NCBI GenBank assembly: GCA_023334545.1 | Contig: JAADVB010000107.1 | Location: forward strand, 1-58,174 | DNA from: Salisapilia sapeloensis CBS 127946 | Lineage: Eukaryota; Protista; Oomycota | Direction of reading: 5' to 3' | DNA: 58,174 nt | The notes under the pieces: generated by a model | The model's input: only the letters and a program-made list of their open reading frames with translations | The model's database searches: none | Told to the model about the DNA's origin: nothing | Made by a program: the position numbers and the translations under genes | In this document: positions 1 to 10,370 of the stretch, one piece after another | Layout of the letters: each line of letters opens with the position of its first letter | Position numbering within the stretch: position 1 is the first letter of the stretch

Positions 1-141
1 AACCTTTCCCCAGAGGAAATCCAGCGGGAAGCCCAACAGCTCGCCAACGACACCAAGATCGTTCGCGAGATGCTTCTCGATCTCCTCCGACAGTCTGCCT
101 CCCCTCGTTCGATGGACACAGAGGTGCGATATGAAAGATAA
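1..141 (+). CDS. 3' end of an upstream gene (partial, unknown product)
   Basis: Frame 1 is open from base 1 (NLSPEEIQREAQQLANDTKIVREMLLDLLRQ...) to TAA at 139-141 and is followed by AT-rich sequence. No family recognised. Confidence 0.4.
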   Translation, partial: NLSPEEIQREAQQLANDTKIVREMLLDLLRQSASPRSMDTEVRYER

Positions 142-581
142 TGAGTATGAGAACAGTATTTTCTATGGGAATATATGTTATTGAAGTGATCGTGAAGGCT
201 ACGACGATCTTAGGTAGATACTTTCTTTGCTAAATGAAACGTCGGAATGTAGTGAAGAACGGCTCGAACATCTCAAATAGAAGTACGTGGGCGTTTCGTC
301 GAACCCCTCCCGATCTAGTTTATTTCCACCAAGGATCTGTTTGGTCTCAATTATCGACCTTCCAGTGGCACTTCTTGTCCAGAGTTGGAACTTCCCAATA
401 CAAGCTCGCATTGCTTAGCCCATTTACGAGATGAAGTACCAGTTGGAAAAGTATACTCATCACCCTTCTCGGAAATGGACGATAAGGAACTGATGACTAC
501 TGCGTCGCGTGAGGAAAAGGACAGTGGCGCGACAAACTTCTCGCGTATTCACCAGCATCCATGCCAAGCTGCCCGGTATCC

Positions 582-595
582 TCATTTTCGGATTG
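582..595 (+). promoter_or_regulatory. Oomycete INR+FPR-like core promoter of the GH3 gene
   Basis: TCATTTTCGGATTG is a near match to the oomycete TCATTYBNNNWTTY consensus, ~55 nt upstream of ATG 641. Confidence 0.45.
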
Positions 596-640
596 TCCTC
601 GACGACCCACAAACAACTTTCCTCTTGAGTCCAAGTTACC

Positions 641-3091
641 ATGCCGAATCTTCTCTTCTTCACACTGGCCACCGGTCTAGTCTTGACCAACTTTACGACC
701 TGGGCGACACTCTACGATGGTGGCTGGAGTCAGTTTGGCTGGCATGCTCAACACAGCTCGAATAAGAACGGTGGATGGGGCGAAAACGTCTTTGGTTGGG
801 GAGACGGAGGTGATGTTGCAGCTATCAATCAACGTGCATCGGACATTGTGCTGGGCTACACGGATGCTCAAGTGCTCGGCCAAATGACCCAAATTGATAT
901 TGGACAAGTGATGACTCCTGATAAGCAACTGGATGAAGACAAGATGCGAGAGTTTGCGAGAAAGCATGTCGGCTCGTACCTGAACACACCATGGACGGAG
1001 CCTATTGACGGCAAGTATGGATGGACCTCGGAAGAGTGGCGCGCGATCATTGCTCAAATGCAACTAATCACGTTGGAGGAGAATCCTGGTCAACCGTTAG
1101 TCTTCGGGATAGATTCTGTCCACGGAGCCAACTACGTGACGGATGCTGTTCTTTTCCCACAGCAGATTAACTTCGGTGCGACCTTCAATGCCGATCTCGT
1201 GTATCAAGCCTCCAAGTTTGCTGCATCTGACACTGCAGCCTCCGGTATGCACTGGATCTTTGGACCGATCGCTGACATCCAGCAGAATCCGCTGTGGGCT
1301 CGTACCTACGAGACATTCAGCGAAGACACGTACTTGACATCTGTGCTCATTGACGCCGCCGTGAGTGGTTTCCAAGAGAACAATGCCACTGCTGCTTGCT
1401 TGAAACACTTCATCGGGTACTCAGGCACGTCAACGGGTAACGATCGAACGGATGTGTCGCTCTCGAACTTTGACCTCCTCAACTACTTCATGCCACCATT
1501 TAAGGCGGGGATGGATGCAGGAACCTACACAGTCATGGAGTCGTACAGTTCGCTTAATGGAGTCCCTGTGGTCACGAGTACGAAGATTCTACGCGACTTG
1601 ATTCGTAAAGACCTGGACTACGATGGTGTGGTCGTCACGGACTGGCAAGAGATTGAAAACCTGCACTTGTACCACAAAGTTGCGTCGAGTGAGACGGAAG
1701 CTGTTCGCATGGCACTGACCCGAACGACGCTTGATATGAGCATGGTCCCGTACTCGACCGCGTTCATCGAGCAAGGAGAAGAGCTGCTAGCGGCATACCC
1801 ACAGTACATCGAAAGACTGCGAACGTCAGCACGTCGCATTGTCAAGATGAAGTTGATGCTTGGGCTGTACGATGAATCGGTCGCATCCAATGAAGACGAG
1901 AGCTACTCAGTCGGTAATCAGGAATCACAAGATGTCGCTTTGCAAGCTGCTCGCGAGTCGATCGTGCTGCTTCAGAACAACGACAGCAGTCTTCCCATCC
2001 CGGATGGATCCACTGTCTTCTTAACTGGACCAAACGCAGACGACATTGGTCGACAGTGCGGCGGTTGGACGTTGCGCTGGCAAGGGTACTCTGGTAACGA
2101 CATGTTTAGTCATGGGCAGTCGATCTACAGAGCCATGAAATCCATGGGAGACGACCGAATGGCCGTGTCGTACTTCAATGGCTTGCCCATCGACGGGTCC
2201 TACTCGGATGCGAACATGTCGACGGCTAAAGCATTGGCGGATGTGAACGAGTACACCGTTGTCGTTATTGGCGAAGATACCTACACGGAGAAGCCTGGCG
2301 ATATTCCCGACTTAGCTCTGCCTGGTGGACAGATCGAATATGTGAAGGAACTCGCATCTACCGGCACAAAGGTCATTGCCGTTTTCCTCGGTGGACGCCC
2401 TCGACTGCTGAACGGTCTAACCGAGTACGTCCATGCGTTCATCTATGGAATGCTACCGTGTGAATTTGGCGGTCAAGCCATCGCGGAGATTCTCGCCGGT
2501 GACGTCAACCCGAGTGGTAAGCTACCTCTGACTTACCCGAAAGACCCTGCGAACGTTGGCGTCAAGTACAACCACCTTGTCAACTTGAAGTGCAAGGATG
2601 AATACTGCGAGCCTCAATGGAAGTTTGGAGCAGGTCTCAGCTACACGACCTTTACTTATTCTCCGCTGCGCTTGAGCCATACCGAGGTGAGCTCCAATGA
2701 CGACAAGGTCATTGCAGAAGTGACGGTCACGAATTCGGGAGACAATGATGGGTATGAAACAGTCATGCTCTTCCTCACACAGACCTATCGGTCCATCTCG
2801 GTGCCTGAAGTGAAGATGCTGAAGAAGTTCACGAAGATTTTCCTCAAGGCTGGCGAGTCGGAAGTGGTAGAGTTCGAGCTCACGAAGAACGATTGGAGCG
2901 TGTATGATCCTCAGATTGGTGACGGACTAAAGACGACTGCCGAGGACGGACAGTTTGTCGTGAGCGTGCAGGCTGAAACGGATTGCGACGTCTACGGATT
3001 CATTGTCGATGAACGATGCGCAACATTCACGCTTCGTCGAGGCGAGCCCCCATTTCCGATTGAAGCGGAAGATCCTACGGTGACCTACTAA
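641..3091 (+). CDS. Secreted glycoside hydrolase family 3 beta-glucosidase
   Basis: Intronless 816-aa ORF with an N-terminal signal peptide. GH3 motifs FGIDSVHG, ACLKHFIGY and VVVTDW (nucleophile Asp), a C-terminal GH3 domain (VVVIGEDTYTEKPGD, GKLPLTYP) and an Fn3-like tail (ETVMLFL...LKKFTKIFL). Confidence 0.93.
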   Translation: MPNLLFFTLATGLVLTNFTTWATLYDGGWSQFGWHAQHSSNKNGGWGENVFGWGDGGDVAAINQRASDIVLGYTDAQVLGQMTQIDIGQVMTPDKQLDEDKMREFARKHVGSYLNTPWTEPIDGKYGWTSEEWRAIIAQMQLITLEENPGQPLVFGIDSVHGANYVTDAVLFPQQINFGATFNADLVYQASKFAASDTAASGMHWIFGPIADIQQNPLWARTYETFSEDTYLTSVLIDAAVSGFQENNATAACLKHFIGYSGTSTGNDRTDVSLSNFDLLNYFMPPFKAGMDAGTYTVMESYSSLNGVPVVTSTKILRDLIRKDLDYDGVVVTDWQEIENLHLYHKVASSETEAVRMALTRTTLDMSMVPYSTAFIEQGEELLAAYPQYIERLRTSARRIVKMKLMLGLYDESVASNEDESYSVGNQESQDVALQAARESIVLLQNNDSSLPIPDGSTVFLTGPNADDIGRQCGGWTLRWQGYSGNDMFSHGQSIYRAMKSMGDDRMAVSYFNGLPIDGSYSDANMSTAKALADVNEYTVVVIGEDTYTEKPGDIPDLALPGGQIEYVKELASTGTKVIAVFLGGRPRLLNGLTEYVHAFIYGMLPCEFGGQAIAEILAGDVNPSGKLPLTYPKDPANVGVKYNHLVNLKCKDEYCEPQWKFGAGLSYTTFTYSPLRLSHTEVSSNDDKVIAEVTVTNSGDNDGYETVMLFLTQTYRSISVPEVKMLKKFTKIFLKAGESEVVEFELTKNDWSVYDPQIGDGLKTTAEDGQFVVSVQAETDCDVYGFIVDERCATFTLRRGEPPFPIEAEDPTVTY

Positions 3092-3232
3092 GCAGAGCAG
3101 AATTCAGCCGAAGAGAAGACTCAATCTAAATGCGTTATATTTGAATCAAATCGTTCTTGTCATGCCGTTATTCGTTGCTGAGTTCATGCATACGCTTAAG
3201 CATACATTAATCGGTGCACAGTCTTTAGTCCT

Positions 3233-5399
3233 TTATAAGAGCGTTTCCTCATCGCTGTCGTCGAAATCGACATTAATGTCATCCGCTTGCTCGGTCAACT
3301 TGCTCAATCCGGTCAGCTCTTCCAAGTAGCCATTGACATTACAAGCCTGTACAAGTAGCTCCATCGCGTTCTCCTCATACTTTTCCAACACATTAGTGCC
3401 ACATGCAATGCACTTGTCAAACCGCTCGCCTTTCACGACAACGTTGCGGAACTCATTTAAAAATCCTCGCATTTGATGCGGAATAAACTCTAATCTGCCT
3501 GCACCAGAGGCATCCAGAGACGCATTCGTTTGAGCACCTTCCTCTGCATGTAGAACTGCCACTGCCAACTCCACAGCCATCGCTGACGCGATCGGTGCTA
3601 GACCAGGTCTCGTGACTGTGCACATTTGATCAAGTGTCCGGTCCTTGAGCGAGTCACGGGGACTGACAATGTCGTTACAAAAGTAGCACCCAAGCTCACG
3701 TTCCTTGCTCTCCGAGACAGCCACACCATGCCGCATGACGAGGTAGCTATCGAAACCCAGGGCTGCATTCATCAAGAGCTTATTCTCGACAGCACAGATG
3801 ACGGTCGGTAACCACCGGCTTTCCCGAGAGTCCGTCCCTACGAAGACGATATCATGCTGTCGAATCAATTCCTCAAGCTTTTGCAAGTTGGTCCTAGCCT
3901 CTTGCATCAGCGCTTCATTTGATAGGGCATGTCCTGCCATCGGAATATTCATCTCTACGCTCTCCGCTTGCACCATTGGAAAGATGCGTTTGAGAGCGTT
4001 AGCAGCACACTCTGCTTTGCTCTTACCGACGTCAGCGAACTCAAAAAGTGGCTGACGAACCGGATTGGAGTGGCTCACGGTCGAATTGTCTACCAGTGTA
4101 AAGTGTCGGAAGCCCCATGCCAGTAGACTTCGAGCCGTGTAGCATCCTAGTGTCCCAGCACCGAGCACAAGGCACTTGGTGCTGGCGATACGATCCAAGT
4201 CTAGATTCGGCAGTTCTCTCCAGCGCATCAAACGAAGATTCAGGTCCACGGACGACTCTGCCAGCTTGCTCGAGTCCAAGAAGCTCGCCAACTCCATTGA
4301 TCGAGGTCCCATTTTACCCCTTGCATTGGCTTCCCACCCAACAACTTTACAGTCCGATCGATTAAATACCGGGAGCGTGATCTTAAAAGTGAGAGAAGAC
4401 TTCCATGCGAAGTCTTCAGGAACACATGTGAGATGGTGCAAGTGCTCACGGAAGGATATGACTTGGACTTCTTGCTGCTGCGAATGTTGCGAAATGAAGG
4501 CTAGGTAATTACGAAGTGGCCAGCCAGGGTGCTCTGGTAATGCACACGGGTCAACAAAGGCGAAGATAGTTTCCTGTGTGTCCTTCTTGCCTGGACATGA
4601 GTTGGACCAGGATGCCAAGTCAAGTGCCGTGACAGTTGATTCCTTTGTCTTAATTTGAAGAACGAAGAAAGGAGGGATATTCGCCAATCCATGACTTTGC
4701 TTTAAATCCAGAAGACTGGTCAGTGCTTGGGTTTGCTGACTTGACGACAAGAGTGCGTCAACGGGCTGCAAAGAGTACGTGATGGGATTCGGCGGCGACA
4801 GAGCCGGGAAACCGAACCAGTATATGAACGAATGCTTCTTTAAATCGGCAAATGCGATGATAATGAAAGAGTTGAGGACCTGTGGGGATAAAGTCGAAGG
4901 GTTCTCGATAAACTCCCACAAGTTTTTGGCTACGTCCGATATAATGGACGCTTTATCCAAGTGACGAAAGTCCTATGGGCTCTCGTGAGATATATAACTC
5001 TTTTTCCCTTAGCATTATAATACCTCTAGCGTATTTGTGTTGTACAAGATGCCGGGTGCTTGCCATTCATACCGCGCTCGATCATTTCTAGATACACGAT
5101 AAGCATCAAGGAAGCTACAAAAGAAACGAGATAGTACGTTATAGACTCTGTGCTGTCGATATTAAACGAGGTATCATCCACTGTAAATCTCGCCGGAACA
5201 CTTGACGATCGTCCAGGGGCGAAATAGCCGCGTAACTCCTATATCAAGACTTCAGCGTTTGTTACCGCATCCTTCTTATAACAAGACAAACTTGGGGCTT
5301 GTCACTTAGCTGAAACTCGTTTAGCTTGAGAGATGTCAGTCTCTGCCAAAAGGACACGTCCGGAGCGCTGTTCCATGCCTGAAAACGTAGGTTCTCCAT
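3233..5399 (-). CDS. ATG7: Ubiquitin-like modifier-activating enzyme ATG7 (4 exons)
   Basis: The large exon has CLVLGAGTLGC, SHSNPVRQ, TDSRESRWLPT and catalytic DQMCTVTRPG. Manually read upstream exons: MENLRFQAWNSAPDVSFWQRLTSLKL (ATG 5399), ELRGYFAPG..., GILYNTNTLE, each with GT-AG introns. Confidence 0.95.
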
Positions 5400-5469
5400 G
5401 ATCTCTTCTTCTGATTTGATTTGACAACATCCAAATGGCTACATCAACCAGCCTTCCGATTGGTGGATT

Positions 5470-7835
5470 ATGGCATGTACCGGACGCGTGCCAAAGCACG
5501 ACGCAATAATTCGCTCCGCCATACAAGTGATGACGACGTCCACGCTGCCTTCCGGGACAATGCAGCCTGCACCTGAACCTCCGGCAATGTCATGCATCCC
5601 ACTGGAGGATAAGAGAGTACCGACTGAAATGCGGTCGGCTGCAGACCACGAGACTATCACGTATGCTGCACTAGTAGCCTCAGTGGGCGAAGTGTCCATT
5701 GCTGCCTTGCGCCAGAAATTGCTTGCACTACCGGAGGAGCATTGGACGGAAGAGTACAATCGAGTGCACAACGTCCATTTCCAGCGTCCGTTCCACGACA
5801 AGCTTGGAGTCGGCAATATTATGGCCATCTTCTCCGATACGCAGCTGGAGACTGTGCTTGAGCTGCCCATGTACGACGAGTACAAGCCTTATCTCACGCC
5901 TATATTCGAAAAACTAAATCTCCAGCCCGATCAAGTAAGCTCTCTTATATGTTGTTGGATTTATGAAGAGTATATAAAGTCTAATTCTTCCTAGGTCGTT
6001 CGCTGCCTCTTTGCTCGGATGCCAGGACACACTCTCATCCCACCTCATCATGACAATGGGTATCCTTTGTTTAGCATGTCGCACACGCTTCAGTTATATT
6101 CACATTACCAATAGTCCATGGGTGAGCAAGACGCATCGAGTCCATGTTCCTATCGTCACTTATCCAGAGGTACACATCTCAACGTCCTTCCTCCTGCAGA
6201 CAGTCCATCTAAAACGTACAAGTAGGTCGAGTTTTCCAGTGGACCGTTGGAAGAATCGATGAAGAGGTACGCGTTTAATGAAGGCTCTATCGTCGAGCTG
6301 AACAATGCAGCCAAGCACAGTGTTTACAATCCACTCGAACGTCATCGTATCCACCTCATCTTTGACTACGTGGAGACGTCCCAGCTAGTCCGTCAGAGGC
6401 GCCAGAAGCTATCACCCGGCCAGATCTGTCAGCAAGTTCGTGGTCGAGTCCACGTGCTGTCGTCGGCGTCCAGTCAGCAAGACCAGGAGACCGGTAGGAA
6501 GAAGGCCAATGCCTTGTTGAAGACCTTGTACGATTCGATCAACAGTAGCGTTGATAAGGCTGCAGCGGAGGCCTGCAAGACTGCTGTGCGCCACTTTTTC
6601 ATCGAACAAATAAACGCCAAGACTTTTGTACGTACGATGGAGGATCAAGTGCTACAGCAACTGCCAACTGAGAAGAAGGAGGGAGTGTGGCAGAATCTTA
6701 ACGACATGTTTGACTGTCTCGACACGGAGATGAAGAAGCAAGTAAAAGAAGCGAGATTTCCGCCGCTTACTGCTCCCAACTGGGTTATCATCGGTGCTCA
6801 GAAGTGTGGCACGACGTCCTTGTACGACTACTTGGGTCAGAATCCGGACGTTGTCAAAGGTGAACGACGAGAGCCTCATTTTTTCGATCGGAATTGGAGT
6901 AAAGCTGTTCAGATTAAGCTCAATGACCAAGTCCGAGAGGTCTGCGATCCGATCTTGACCGCCTACAGCAAGACGAGGGAAGAGGAGGAGGTGGATGATA
7001 CCTATGAAGGGAACTCAATTCGAGACTTGAGGTACATTTTTATATTACTTTACCAGTAACGCATTGACTCAAGACTATCTTGCGATAGGATAAAGTACAT
7101 TTGCTCTTTGCAGTACAAGGAAGAGAGACCTTTGTGTCCTCCAGTGCAGATAGGCGAGTCCACCCCTAGCTACCTCGTGTACGGAGAACCAGTCGCCAAG
7201 CGATTGAAAGCAGTACGCACCTATATCCTATCATCATGATACACAACTAATGATGAGCATAGCTATATCCGGAGATGAAGCTCATTATCATGCTGCGAGA
7301 CCCAGTCAAGCGAGCGTACTCGCACTTCCAGATGACAGCTGACCCGTCCGGCACGCCAGCGCAACTGGCCAGTCGAAAGTCTGTGCAGGGCAAACCGTTC
7401 CAGGAAGTCATTGATGACGACCTAGCTCTCCTCCAATCTGCAGGTGTCACGGGTACAGATGTGGCGTCGGATGAGGTCCTAAACAAATTTCAAGACTATG
7501 CGGACAACCTTCCGCTTGATCATGGCTCCCACTCGTACGTCGGACGAGGGCTCTACGCCTTCCAGATTGCCCTCTGGCTGCGTGTTTTCAGTCGCAACCA
7601 GATCCTAATCCTCGACATGGACGACATGAAGACAGACGACGGAGTGCAGCAAACGACTACCAAGGCTTGTGAGTTTGTCGACTTGAAGCCGCATCAAGTA
7701 GCGGATGCTAGACCGAAGAACACTCGGTCGTACGAGCCGATACCAGAGGACATGGAAAAGAGACTGAGAGAGTTCTACCGACCGTACAATGAGCAGCTCT
7801 TTGCTCTCCTCGGCCATCGATTGAACTGGAAGTAG
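5470..7835 (+). CDS. Aspartyl/asparaginyl beta-hydroxylase-like 2OG-Fe(II) dioxygenase fused to a PAPS-dependent sulfotransferase (multi-exon)
   Basis: Spliced hydroxylase motifs ARMPGHTLIPPHHDNG, HRVHVPIVT and VELNNAAKHSVYN...RIHLIFD. Sulfotransferase motifs IIGAQKCGTTSLYDYL (5'-PSB), REPHFFD and KLIIMLRDPVKRAYSHF (3'-PB). The exon 6247-7059 ORF spans both domains. The true start ATG is uncertain (several candidates 5470-5630). Confidence 0.85.
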
Positions 7836-7875
7836 AAGAAAGAAAGAGAAGAAAAAAGATTTTGCTCTTGTTCAT

Positions 7876-8187
7876 TCATCCGGCCTTGTACACCATGACG
7901 GACTTTTCCTGGAAGTGGAAGAAGACAAAGTTCCGCGTCACGTGCGTCACGAACGACCCAAAATTTCGCCCGATGCACACGACCCAGTGGGGTTCCCACG
8001 TCTTGTCCAAATGCGCTCGGATCTCCTCACACACGCCGAGTCCCTTGCGCTCCCACTCTTCCGTCTCGAACTCCGTCAGCCGACTCGTCACGTGCTTGAT
8101 CGTGTCTTCCAGAATGTCGTCTTCCATATCGCACGGCATCTTGACGCGTGCGCCCCACATATGCTGCCAACTAGGCGCCTCCCCCAT
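7876..8187 (-). CDS. Dynein light chain, LC8/type-1 family
   Basis: 103 aa with DMEDDILEDTI...IRAHLDKTWEPHWVVCIGRNFGSFVTH...FVFFHF, the typical dynein light chain type 1 signature. Confidence 0.9.
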   Translation of the reverse strand: MGEAPSWQHMWGARVKMPCDMEDDILEDTIKHVTSRLTEFETEEWERKGLGVCEEIRAHLDKTWEPHWVVCIGRNFGSFVTHVTRNFVFFHFQEKSVMVYKAG

Positions 8188-8207
8188 ACCGATCTACGTG
8201 GCTCTTT

Positions 8208-8221
8208 ACAAATTGAAGTGA
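8208..8221 (-). promoter_or_regulatory. INR+FPR-like core promoter of the dynein light chain gene
   Basis: Minus-strand TCACTTCAATTTGT, ~20-35 nt upstream of ATG 8187. Confidence 0.4.
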
Positions 8222-8285
8222 ACACGACTCTTCGCTCGCTATGACAAGACACAAGTAGACGGCAAAGTAGTTTCATATTGCTCCA

Positions 8286-9886
8286 TTAATTCATGTTGCC
8301 CATGCACATGAACTTGGTCTCCATGTACTCTTCTAGCCCCATGAACGAGCCTTCGCGACCAAGCCCAGACTCCTTCACTCCTCCGAACGGCGCCTGCGCA
8401 TTCGACAAGAGACCAGTGTTGATGCCAATCATACCGACCTCGAGGGCCCTCGACACACGCCACACGCGCTGGTGGTCGCGCGTGTAAAAGTATCCTGCTA
8501 GACCGACGTCCGTCGAGTTGGCCATCGCCAGCGCCTCCTCCTCCGTCTTAAACGTGAAGATCGGGACCACAGGTCCAAAGATCTCTTCACTCCACACCCG
8601 CATGCTCTCGTTCACGCCTGACAGAACCGTCGGCTCGTAGTAGTTGTCTCCATACGCACTCGACTTGCCTCCCGTCAAGGCCTTGGCACCCTTCTCCAGC
8701 GCATCCGACACGATACCAGACGTCTTCTCAAAGGCCTGCGTGTTGATCAACGGACCGATCTGCGTGCCTTCCTGCAGCGGATGGCCGATACCCAGCTCAT
8801 TCACCTTGGCCACTACCTTTTGCGTCACTTCCTCCGCAATGGACTCGTGGAGGAAGATGCGGTTGCTGCAAACGCACGTCTGACCAGTGTTGCGGAACTT
8901 GGACGCCATTAGACCATCCACAGCTGCATCAATGTCAGCGTCTTCGAACACGATGAAGGGAGCGTTGCCGCCCAGTTCAAAGGAGACGCGCTTGACGTTA
9001 GAAGCAGCCTGCTGCATCAACAGCTTTCCAACTCGAGTGGAGCCTGTAAAAGATATCTTACGGACGTCTTTGCTCGTCGTCAGAGCTTCTCCCACTTCCG
9101 CTGCCTTGTCGTGCGTGGCAGTCACAAAGTTAAGTACACCGGACGGGATCCCCACGTCTTCCGCTAACTTGGCGAGAGCGAGGGCGGATAGCGGAGTAGA
9201 AGCATCGGGTTTTACCACGGCCGTGCAGCCGGCAGCAAGACAAGGACCGAGTTTGCGCGTGATCATGGCCAGAGGGAAATTGAACGGCGTGATGATGCCC
9301 GTGACACCCACTGGTTCTTTCACAGCGACCATCTCCTGACCTGATTGAGACGGAGGGATAACAAAGCCAGACGAGTGGAGGACTTCGTGGGCGTAGTAGT
9401 CGATGAAACTCGCGGCGTACGCGACTTCCCCTTTCGCTTCGGCCAAGGGCTTGCCACACTCCACCGACGCGATAGTGCCCAAGTCATCTGTGTTGGCAAC
9501 AATGGCGGCGTACCATTTTTTCAAGAGCTCTCCCCGAGCTTTCGGTGCCACCGTCTTCCAGCTCTCAAAGGCTTTGGCAGCCTTCTGGATCGCGTCCTTA
9601 GTCTCTTTTTCCCCCATATTGGGCACTTGCGCTAGCTCCATCCCATTCGCTGGGTCTGTATACACGAGTCAGTTTCTCCAGGTCCATTCATACTAATACA
9701 AGAAACGTATATACCAGTAACAGGGAAGGATTCGGGGGCACCGACCCATTGTCCCCCGATAAAGCTCTTGCTGCAGAGCAGACTCGGGTCATTCAGAAGC
9801 GACGGTAAAGAGTATGTGTGCATGGCTGATCTAGGCGCTGACAAGGTCAGGTTTTTCGTGGCACTCGCTCTCGCAGCACGTAGCAT
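8286..9886 (-). CDS. ALDH5A1: Succinate-semialdehyde dehydrogenase, mitochondrial (ALDH family)
   Basis: ALDH motifs ITPFNFP, SFTGSTRVGK, ELGGNAPFIVF, catalytic GQTCVC and EEIFGPV. Arg/Ser/Ala-rich transit peptide MLRAARASATKNLTLSAPRSA. One 59-nt intron at 9656-9714 (phase 1, rejoining as VTDPANG). Confidence 0.92.
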
Positions 9887-9931
9887 GGAGTTGGCACTGC
9901 TCTTGTTCGAGGCAAATGGCGATTTGGTTCC

Positions 9932-10370
9932 CTAGAGATCGAATTCCTGTGAGACGATGCACATTGAAGGTAGAGGCGTAACGTACTGTCAAAGGTTGCA
10001 GATATGACACATCCGGATCCGGGACGACGGGGTCTGCCGGGCCGAGAACAGACCGCTGACTTCCTTCACGGAGATAGCTGCAGATACGGCTCGTGCTCAC
10101 GGGTAAGTCGAGCTCTTCACGAAGCTGATGGGCCGATTTGTTACCTGTGCTTGCAGCGTACCGTAGCCGAAGGATGTCCTCGGGGGATAGTTTACGAGGT
10201 CGACCTGTAGGCTTTTTCGTTCCGTACGTATCTGGGTCTTTCAAAAACTTTTGGATCACTGATCGAGAGCGACCGACGCGTGCGGCGATGACTGTTTTAC
10301 CAATGCCTTCGGATGACAGCTCGAGAATGTGAGCCCGCTCTTCTTCCGTAAGTGACTTTCCATGACCCAT
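9932..10370 (-). mobile_element. Tc1/Tc3-type transposase DNA-binding (double HTH) coding segment with no DDE domain; possibly domesticated
   Basis: MGHGKSLTEEERAHILELSSEGIGKTVIAARVGRSRSVIQKFL...GRPRKLS...SAHQLREELDLPVSTSRICSYL matches the paired-like HTH1, the GRPR AT-hook-like linker and HTH2 of Tc3 transposases. No catalytic domain or TIRs seen. Confidence 0.8.

Noticed and set aside
199-765. Short ORFs upstream of GH3 (199-411, 234-434, 385-765, 460-690)
   Set aside because: No recognisable domain, mutually overlapping, and one runs across the GH3 promoter and start.
9831-10370. Unspliced 179-aa Tc3-HTH ORF overlapping the SSADH start
   Set aside because: Its C-terminal ~50 aa look non-coding and overlap SSADH by 56 nt in another frame. 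A clear GT...AG intron at 9986 explains the region better.
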